DNA of 64,000 nucleotides from an uncultured delta proteobacterium (GTDB lineage Bacteria; Desulfobacterota; Binatia; HRBIN30; BPIQ01): NCBI GenBank assembly GCA_963761335.1, contig CAVXGR010000018.1, positions 736,001 to 800,000 of the forward strand, read 5' to 3'. Shown piece by piece: positions 18,481 to 26,900 of this stretch (position 1 is its first letter; each line of letters starts with the position of its first letter). The notes under the pieces were generated by a model. It saw only the letters and a program-made list of their open reading frames with translations, ran no database searches and was not told where the DNA came from. The position numbers and the translations under genes were made by a program.

Positions 18481-20297
18481 TGGCGGCGATGTTGGTGCCG
18501 AAAGCGGACTCGAGCGCCCGGTGGACGAGAGGCGCCTGGTTGCTGTTGGTGGTAGTACCGGCGATCCTTCTGTCCGCCGCTGCGAGCGCTGGTGCGACGA
18601 CGACGGTCACCGAGTACACCTACAACGCCGACGCGGCGCTCACCTCGGTCACCGTCACCGTGGACACCGGAACACCGACGACGACGTACCTCACCTGGGA
18701 CGACTTTGTCCCCAACGCAAACGATCCGACCACGGGCGCCGTCTCCACAGCCGACGGCCGGCTCGTCGGCATTGGCCCGTCACCGGGAGCCCAGAACGCG
18801 ACCGAGTCGTTTGCCTTCGATCGTCGCGACCGGCTCACCGGGTACAGCGGCGCCAACGGCAGCGAAGCCTACGGCTACGACGCCGCCGGCATGATGTCCT
18901 CGGCATCGAGCGGGGGCGACGGCTTTCAATTCTACTACGATCACCAGAACGACGCGCAGGTCACCGACGTGCGCCAGACCTCGAACGGTCTCATGTCCGG
19001 CTACCTCGGCCACGTCCGCTATCTCGACGACGGCACCCAGCAGGTGCTGCTCGAGCCGCGCAAGGACGTGGCGTGCACCTACGACGCGCCGTCGCAGGCG
19101 CTGCAGTCGTACGCCTACAACGCCTATGGCACGAGCCAGAGCGGGGTGCCGCCGCCTGGGAACTTCGACCTGCACGACAATCCGTTTCGCTACGCCGGCG
19201 AGTATCGCGATCTGCTCTGGGGCGGCTACTACCTGCGGGCGCGCTGGTACGATCCGGACCTGCAGACGTTCCTGTCGCGCGACTCCCAATCGCACTTGAA
19301 CCGCTACGGCTACGCCGGCGGCAATCCGGTCATGCGCATCGACCCGAGCGGTCGCGGATTCCGATGGAGCCGAGACATCGGACATCCGCTCGGCCGCTTC
19401 CTCGCCGGTATCAATAAGGGCGTAGGCGGACATTTCGCACGCTTCTTCCTGACCCCGCTTCTCGGACCGCTGCAGATCCTCGCCAATCCCAAGGCGTACT
19501 GGGAATCGGTGATCCACGATAAGAACGGCGCCGCCATCTTTCTGATCGCGCCAATCGTCTCCGGCGAGGCCTTCGACTTGGTCGAAGCAGGTCTGGAGCC
19601 CATCTTCGCCGCCCGGCTCTTCGCCGCGCGCACCTCGACCGCTCTGAGTCTGGGAGTCGCTCAGTCCACCGTGAGCGCGGCCGCGCGGGGCTTCAACCAC
19701 TTCAACTGGAGCACCTTCCTCAACGGCGAGGAAGGGGGCGTGGGATCCCTCGTCGAGTTCAACTTCGTCGGAGGTAGGGGATACAACCCCTTCAACCGCA
19801 GCGGTGAACAAATCGCCGACCTGGTGGGAAAGCTGAACAAGACGGAGCCGGACACCGTTCTGATCGTGCGCCAGCGGTCCAACCTGCGCGTCGGCCCGGA
19901 CGGAACCACTCTGCCACTGCGGATGCAGACCGGGCCGATCCAGGAGGCGTTGGGCCTCGGCCTCTATCACGAGAAGATCCTCGCCATCAGTCGCGAAGAC
20001 ATTTTCACCACGGAGGTCTCCAACGGCGTCGTCTACTCGGATCGCTACGAGGCTCCCAGCACGGCCGCCGTTCAGGAGCACTTCCGGCAGTTCGTCGGCA
20101 AGGAGTTCGAGGTGATCGGCATCAAGACGAACTTCGACCGCGCCAACGGATTCGAGGACATCGGCACGCAGCGGTTCTGGACCCCCCGGCAGGCGCAGTT
20201 GCAGAGCGTGCTGCGCGAGGAACGCAATCCGTACCGGACGTTCACCAACAACTGCCATTACCACGCCGCGGCCGTGATCAAAGATCTGGGGTTCTGA
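18480..20297 (+). CDS. Secreted mini-Rhs protein 1: Rhs core + permuted papain-like C-terminal domain
   Basis: Signal peptide ending AASAGA (start may be ATG 18489); NPFRYAGEY, YYLRARWYDP, FLSRD, NRYGY, NPVMRIDPSG; C-terminal GLYHE and NNCHYH. Confidence 0.88.
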   Translation: MAAMLVPKADSSARWTRGAWLLLVVVPAILLSAAASAGATTTVTEYTYNADAALTSVTVTVDTGTPTTTYLTWDDFVPNANDPTTGAVSTADGRLVGIGPSPGAQNATESFAFDRRDRLTGYSGANGSEAYGYDAAGMMSSASSGGDGFQFYYDHQNDAQVTDVRQTSNGLMSGYLGHVRYLDDGTQQVLLEPRKDVACTYDAPSQALQSYAYNAYGTSQSGVPPPGNFDLHDNPFRYAGEYRDLLWGGYYLRARWYDPDLQTFLSRDSQSHLNRYGYAGGNPVMRIDPSGRGFRWSRDIGHPLGRFLAGINKGVGGHFARFFLTPLLGPLQILANPKAYWESVIHDKNGAAIFLIAPIVSGEAFDLVEAGLEPIFAARLFAARTSTALSLGVAQSTVSAAARGFNHFNWSTFLNGEEGGVGSLVEFNFVGGRGYNPFNRSGEQIADLVGKLNKTEPDTVLIVRQRSNLRVGPDGTTLPLRMQTGPIQEALGLGLYHEKILAISREDIFTTEVSNGVVYSDRYEAPSTAAVQEHFRQFVGKEFEVIGIKTNFDRANGFEDIGTQRFWTPRQAQLQSVLREERNPYRTFTNNCHYHAAAVIKDLGF

Positions 20298-20344
20298 TGC
20301 TGCGAGGGATCGCCGACAGCGCCGGACACCGAAGGACCGATCGG

Positions 20345-22171
20345 ATGAAGAAGCGGAGCACGAAACGACGACGCGATTTCCTCGTTGCCTTCATCGTCTT
20401 TGCGTTCACACCCGCCGCCGCGAGCGCCAGGACCACGGTGAAGACCTACACCTACGACGCCGACGGCGCGCTGACGGCGATCACCACGCAGGCGAACGAG
20501 AATGCCCCGACCACGACCTACCTCACCTGGGACGACTTCACCCCCGACGCGGCGGACCCGAGCACCGGCACGGTGGCGGCCGGCGACGGCCGGCTGGTCG
20601 GCTTCGGGCCCAGCCCCGGCACGGCCGATCTGACCGCCCGCTTCACGTTCGATCCCCGTGACCGCCTGCTCAGCTACAGCGGCGACGCCGGAACGGAGAC
20701 ATACGACTACAACGCCAACGGCATGATGGCGTCGTCCTCCGCGGGCGGCGACGATCTGCACTTCTACTTCGACGGCGCGACGAACCCGGTAGTCACCAAC
20801 ATCCATCAGGACACTACCGGCCTCACCTCTGCCTACCTCGGCAACAACCGCTTTCTCGGCGACGGCACGGAGCAGATCCTCCTGCAGCCGCGCAAGGACA
20901 TGGCGTGCACCTACGACGCCGCCAGCCAGACGCTTCAGTCGTACGCCTACGACGCCTTCGGCGCCTCACCCGAAAGGGACAAACCGAGCGGCATCTACGA
21001 TCTGCGCGACAACCCGTTCCGCTACAGCGGCGAGTATCGCGATCCCGTCTGGGGCGGCTACTATCTGCGCGCCCGCTGGTACGACCCCGACTTGCCGGTC
21101 TTCCTCTCCCGCGATCCGGCGCAGCACCTGAACCGCTACGCGTACGGCAACGGCAACCCGGTCATGAACGAGGACCCGAGCGGGTACGGACCGGGCGGCT
21201 TGCGAGGTTTTCTCGCGGGCTTGAATCACGGCATCGGCGGCCACTTCGCGCGCATCTTCCTCGCCCCGCTTATCGGACCGCTGCAGATCCTCGCCTACCC
21301 CAAGCAATTCTGGCAGTCGGTGAAGACCGACAAGGGCGGCATCGACGTCTTCCTCGCGCTCGGCATCGTGTCCGAAGTGGCGGGCGGTTATGGCGATGCA
21401 GTATTGGCGGGGTTCACACGCTTGGGTACCCGCTACGGTGCGCGGTTCCTATCGGACACCGTCCTCGGCGTGGCGAGCTCGGTCACTGCGGGGGCCACCA
21501 GCGGCTCCGGTCACTTCGATTTGAAGGCGTTCGGGCAAGGGCTCGAGTACAGCGCGAATCCCTTCCTGATGCGCGGCTTCACCGGGTTCAACGTCCGCAG
21601 CGGGTTCCAATTCAGCGCCACCGACGCGGGCGACCTGTTCGAGCAGCTCCGCAACGCGCCCGATTCGACGGCACTCGTCTTTCGGCAACGGCTGGGTACG
21701 GGGGGCAGCACCAACTCGCTCGCATCATTGGAGAGCAGCACCGGCGGATTAGTCGGCGGCAACGCTGGCTTCGACAAGCCCTTCACCCAGGCGTTCCATC
21801 TTTCACTCTACCACGAGAGACTCATTGCGATCACCAAGAAGGGCCTCCTCACGAACGAGGCCTTCAGCAAAGGCGTCAGCGTGGGGTTCCGGAACTTCGA
21901 CGGTCTCAGCTTCGACGACGTCAAGGCGAGGCTCATGGGCGAGCTCAGCGGGGGCAAGGTTGAGCTGGTCCGCCGGGTCGAAAACTTCGGAGGGGGAAAC
22001 ACCCCTGCTCAACAGGCGTTTCGCTCGAATCCGTACAACGTCCGGGAATACAGAAACGCCACCGGGAGGACCCTTCGGACCAGAGGCGGCCCCCCCCGTA
22101 CGTTCAAGCTCTTTAGAAACAACTGCCAGTACCACGCCTACGCGGTGCTGCAAGACATGGGGCTGCGCTGA
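20345..22171 (+). CDS. Secreted mini-Rhs protein 2: Rhs core + permuted papain-like C-terminal domain
   Basis: GAAGGA RBS; signal MKKRSTKRRRDFLVAFIVFAFTPAAASA; YYLRARWYDP, FLSRDP, NPVMNEDPSG; SLYHE and NNCQYH. Confidence 0.88.
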   Translation: MKKRSTKRRRDFLVAFIVFAFTPAAASARTTVKTYTYDADGALTAITTQANENAPTTTYLTWDDFTPDAADPSTGTVAAGDGRLVGFGPSPGTADLTARFTFDPRDRLLSYSGDAGTETYDYNANGMMASSSAGGDDLHFYFDGATNPVVTNIHQDTTGLTSAYLGNNRFLGDGTEQILLQPRKDMACTYDAASQTLQSYAYDAFGASPERDKPSGIYDLRDNPFRYSGEYRDPVWGGYYLRARWYDPDLPVFLSRDPAQHLNRYAYGNGNPVMNEDPSGYGPGGLRGFLAGLNHGIGGHFARIFLAPLIGPLQILAYPKQFWQSVKTDKGGIDVFLALGIVSEVAGGYGDAVLAGFTRLGTRYGARFLSDTVLGVASSVTAGATSGSGHFDLKAFGQGLEYSANPFLMRGFTGFNVRSGFQFSATDAGDLFEQLRNAPDSTALVFRQRLGTGGSTNSLASLESSTGGLVGGNAGFDKPFTQAFHLSLYHERLIAITKKGLLTNEAFSKGVSVGFRNFDGLSFDDVKARLMGELSGGKVELVRRVENFGGGNTPAQQAFRSNPYNVREYRNATGRTLRTRGGPPRTFKLFRNNCQYHAYAVLQDMGLR

Positions 22172-23946
22172 TGCCACGACGCGACTACTTGTTCCCGGTG
22201 CTCTGTCTCTCGGCTGGACTGCTGTTCCCGCCTGCGGCCGGCGCCAAAACCACCGTCCACACATACAGCTACAACAACGACGGCGCCCTGACGGCGGTCA
22301 CCACCCAGGTGAGCGGTCAAGCGCCGGCCACGACCTACCTCACCTGGGACGACTTCACCCCCAACGCGGCGGACCCGAGCACCGGTACGGTGGCGGCCGG
22401 TGACGGCCGCCTGGTCGGCTTCGGGCCCAGCCCCGGCACAGCCGATCTGACCACCCGCTTCACGTTCGATCCCCGCGACCGCCTGCTCAGCTACAGCGGC
22501 GCTGCCGGAACCGAGACCTACGACTACTACGCCAACAGCATGATGGCGTCCTCCTCCGCGGGCGGCGACGATCTGCACTTCTACTTCGACGGCGCGACGA
22601 ACCCGGTGGTCACCAACATCCATCAGGACACTACCGGCCTCACCTCCGCCTATCTCGGCGACAACCGCTTCCTCAGCGACGGTGCGGAGCAGATCCTGCT
22701 GAAGCCGCGCAAGGACGTGGCGTGCACCTACGATGCCGCCAAGCAGACGCTGCAGTCCTACGCCTACGACGCCTTCGGCGCTCCGTCCGGCAACGACGCA
22801 CCGAGCGGCGCCTACGATCTACGCGACAACCCGCTCCGCTACGGCAACGAGTATCGCGATCCGATCTGGGGCGGCTACTACCTCCGCGCTCGCTGGTACG
22901 ACCCCGATCTGCCGATCTTCCTCTCCCGCGATCCGGCACAGCATCTCAACCGCTACGCGTACGGCAACGGCAACCCGGTGATGAACGCCGACCCGAGCGG
23001 CTACGGCTCCGGGGGGTTGCGCAGATTCCTCGCAGGGATAAATCGCGGCATCGGCGGACACTTCGCGCGGGTTTTCCTGGCGCCGCTGTTGGGGCCGTTG
23101 CAGATCGCCGCCTATCCCAAGCAGTTCTGGGAATCGGTGAAGACGGACAAGGGCGGCATCGACGTGTTCCTGGCGCTCGGTGTCGTCTCCGAGGCCGCCG
23201 GCGGAATCGCCGACTGGGCCTATGCGGGCAGCGTCGGCCTTGGCCTCCGGTTCGGTACGCGGACTTTTTCCGATTTGGGAATCGGCATCGGCTCGTCGAT
23301 TGGCGCCGGGGCTAGTCGCGGCTTCAAGCATTTCGATTTGAACGCCTTCGCTCAAGGCCTCGAATACTCGCTGAACCCCGTCATCGCCCGAGGGCTGACC
23401 GGACTGAACGTCCGTGCCGGGTTCAAGTTGAAAACGGGTGACCTCGCCAGCCTCGCCGAACAGCTGAAAGACGCTCCGGAGGGAACGGCCCTGGTCTTTC
23501 GCCAGAAGGTCAAGCTTCCCAGCAGCGTCGTGGGCGGCAAACCGGTCAGGTTTTCGCCAGACGTACCCCTGCAGCAGGCCCTGCACCTGAGCAGCTATCA
23601 CGAGCGGCTGATCGCCTTCACCAAGGACGAGTTCTTCATGAACGATGCCATCGACAAAGGCATCCGGGTGAGCCAGGTCGAATTCGACGATCTGGAAGGG
23701 GTCAAGGGCGAGATCATGGCGCTGCGGGGCAAGTTCCAGTTCGTCGGCAGGGTCGAGAGATTCACTACAGACGGCCGCAAGGCCTTCCTTGGAAACCCAT
23801 TTAACGCCGAAGTCAGTACCAACGAGACCTCCATTGCGAGCCACCAGCTCCAAACCAGGGGTCCCAAAGTCCACCAATACAGCTGGTGGCGGAACAACTG
23901 CCAACATCACGCCTACGCCGTCCTGGAAGACCTGGGGCTGCGCTGA
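22171..23946 (+). CDS. Secreted mini-Rhs protein 3: Rhs core + permuted papain-like C-terminal domain
   Basis: TGATG coupling; signal MPRRDYLFPVLCLSAGLLFPPAAGA; NPVMNADPSG; SSYHE and NNCQHH. Confidence 0.88.
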   Translation: MPRRDYLFPVLCLSAGLLFPPAAGAKTTVHTYSYNNDGALTAVTTQVSGQAPATTYLTWDDFTPNAADPSTGTVAAGDGRLVGFGPSPGTADLTTRFTFDPRDRLLSYSGAAGTETYDYYANSMMASSSAGGDDLHFYFDGATNPVVTNIHQDTTGLTSAYLGDNRFLSDGAEQILLKPRKDVACTYDAAKQTLQSYAYDAFGAPSGNDAPSGAYDLRDNPLRYGNEYRDPIWGGYYLRARWYDPDLPIFLSRDPAQHLNRYAYGNGNPVMNADPSGYGSGGLRRFLAGINRGIGGHFARVFLAPLLGPLQIAAYPKQFWESVKTDKGGIDVFLALGVVSEAAGGIADWAYAGSVGLGLRFGTRTFSDLGIGIGSSIGAGASRGFKHFDLNAFAQGLEYSLNPVIARGLTGLNVRAGFKLKTGDLASLAEQLKDAPEGTALVFRQKVKLPSSVVGGKPVRFSPDVPLQQALHLSSYHERLIAFTKDEFFMNDAIDKGIRVSQVEFDDLEGVKGEIMALRGKFQFVGRVERFTTDGRKAFLGNPFNAEVSTNETSIASHQLQTRGPKVHQYSWWRNNCQHHAYAVLEDLGLR

Positions 23947-23969
23947 TGGCCCGAATCGAGGAGAGGCAA

Positions 23970-26900
23970 ATGAATCGCTATCTGGTTGTCGTTCTGGTTC
24001 TCTCAGGAACCCTCAGCTTGGCAGCGCCCGCCGGCGCGCAGTCGGGATCGAATGCGTCGAACTATCAGGGCGGCGCCCAGCTCTCGGTGAACGGACGGAC
24101 CGGTGACGTGACCATGGCGGTCACGCTCGTCGATCTGCCGGGAGTGGTTTCGGACCTGGGACTCAGCCTGGCGTTGTCCTATCGCAGCGACGAGGCTCGC
24201 ACGAACATCCAGAACAACACGCGCAACTTCGGGCTGCCCTACGGTTGGTCGTTGGGACTCGCGTTCATCTACAACGATGGGGGTGCGATCAAGCTGAATG
24301 TCGACGGCACCCAGGTCTACCAGCTCGACGACAACTGGCGCACCTCCTTCACCCCCATCGGAGCGAGCACCCCGATGTTCGTCAAGACCGGCCTGATGCA
24401 GTACAACCGCGCCGACGCCTCGCTCAAGTCGGACAACGGCAGCGTCACCGTCAACGGCCTCGGCTCGGCGTACATCTTCACCAACATCGGCGGACAGACC
24501 AAGTACTTCTCGCCGGGCGGCTTGCTGATCCGCGAGGCCGACCGCTTCGGCAACCACATCGACTATCACTACCTCAACACCGTGACCAGTGGGAACGCCA
24601 GCAACTCCACCACCGCTGCCAACGCCACGCTGAGCGCCATGATCGACACCTGGGGCAACACGGTGACGATCGGTCCGTGTCTCGATCCCGAGAGCTGCGT
24701 CGCCAACGAAACGCGCATCACCCTGCCCGACGGGCGCACCATGGGCTGGGTCGCCCCCGACGCGTACACCATCACCGAGATCATCGACACCGAGGGCATG
24801 GTCACCCACCTGCAGTGGCAGAGCTCCACCTGCGGCGATCAATCGTACGGCAACCGCAGGATGGTGAGCATGACGACGCCGGTCGGCGGCATGACCTCGC
24901 TGACCTACACCTGCCTCGACGTCTGCCTCGAGCCGTCCGCGACGCAGTGCACGCAGAAGACCTCCTGGTCGGTGGTCGACACCGAGTACGAGTGCCCGAA
25001 CAACCAGAGCGGCGTCGCCTGCCCGGCCGGCTCTCCGAACGGCGACTTCCTGACCACGACGTATCAGTACAAGACCGCCGAGAACGTCGACAACTACACC
25101 GGCTATCCTCGTTACTCTCCCTACCATCCCAGCGTCGCGAACGCCGACGCGTTGATGTCCGCCCCCGACGCCGGCTCGTTCCAGTACACCACGGTCGTCA
25201 GCAAGCGCCGCGCGAACGGCGCGACCATCCACCAGATCGAGACCGACTACAACTTTCTGCACCTGCAGCAAGAGCAGCGCGTTTACGTGTCCGACGGATC
25301 TTCGTCGAACCTGATGCTGTCGAAGCAGACCTCGTACTGCTACCCGATCTCCGATACGGCCCCGGCGACGGGCTGCCCGCTGACCACGGCCAACTACCAG
25401 CAGCTGCCGAGCAACTATCAGTCGCCGATCATCGAGGGTAGCTGCCAGTACAACGTCACCGGGGACGCCGCTACCAGCGGGGCGCGGCGCTCGACGATGA
25501 CGACGACGTACGACGCCTTCGGCAACGTCGTCGGCAAGAGGATCTACCACGCCACCGGCGCGGAAGGCATCGTGGCGAGCTGCGACCGGCCGACCCGGCT
25601 GAGCACCACCGGCATGCGGTTGGTTACCGACGACTACATGCAGTACGACACGCCGACGACCGTCGGCAGCGACGGCTTCGTCGAGCTCGGCGCCGCCTCG
25701 GGACACTTCGGTCTCATGCTCGGACAGCAGTCGTTCGTCTATCTCGACGAGGACGACAGCGGCGTCGGCGCGCATCCGCAGCTGCAAGGAGCCAGCGGGC
25801 CGGTTCTCGTCAAGCTCGTCTGCAATCAGCTGACGAGCGCCGCCTCAGGCCCGGAGGCCGCGGGGACGGACATCAAGACCAGCACGAGCGGCTTGATGGC
25901 GACCAGCGCCTCCGCGCCGGCGACCCTCGGTATCGTCGGCGCCTGCCCGCAGCCGGAAGGCGGGGGCGGCGGCTCGAGCTGGATCTCGGTGCCGGCGCCG
26001 CCGAAGACGACCACCTTCACCTACGACGTCCAGGGGCGCTCGCTGACGCAGACGACGTCCTGGGCCAGTGGGTACACCGCACCCGGCGGCGTTTCCAGCA
26101 CCAGCCAGGACTTCGCCTATAGCCTATCGGCGACGGCTGCCGACGAAGAATCATGTGCGGGGAACAGCAGCGTCCTGCAGATCACCTCGACCGACAGCCA
26201 GGGAAACTCGACCGTCAACCGCCTCTGTACGCTGAACGGGTTTCACCTGTCGGCCGCCGACCCCAACGGCAACAAGACGCTGATGGAGCACAGCGCCAAC
26301 GGGCTCGTCAGCAAGACCACGCACGCGGACGGCACCCACGTGGACGTGCAGTACTACTACGCCTGCCCTGTTGCCCAGGACGGCCGCACCGCGACCTGCC
26401 CGAACACCAGCGCCGTCATGCAGAACTGTCCCTACGACAGCCAGACACCAAAGCGGAACTGCGTCGCCGAGACCATGTCCAGCGGGGAAGGGCAGAGCAG
26501 CTTCGTCGACGGCGTGACCAAGGTCACGATCCGCGACGGGCTCGGCCGTATCGTCGAGGATCTCGACAACCTCGGCGACAGCCCCGGTGCCGGCTACACG
26601 GCGATGGAGACGACCAAGGCCATGGTCTACGACGATCGCGGCATGCTCGCGAAGAGCAGTGTCTCGATGGGCGCGACGAACCCGCTCGTCTACCAGACCA
26701 TCACCACGCTCGGCCCGAAGCTGCGCCCGAGCCTGGTATGCGGACCGCGGGGGGACACGCAACAGTTCGTCCACGACGACGTCAACCAGGAGACCAAGGC
26801 CATCTTCAACGGCAACGACCGTGAAGCCTACGTCACCAACGACAGCGAGAAGCTGACGACGATCGCCAACTGCGCCCTGACGGCGAATCAGACGACGGCC

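Noticed and set aside
18780..23910. Antisense ORFs over the Rhs genes as hidden immunity proteins
   Set aside because: They mirror the sense codon pattern, lack clear RBSs and lie almost entirely within the sense genes
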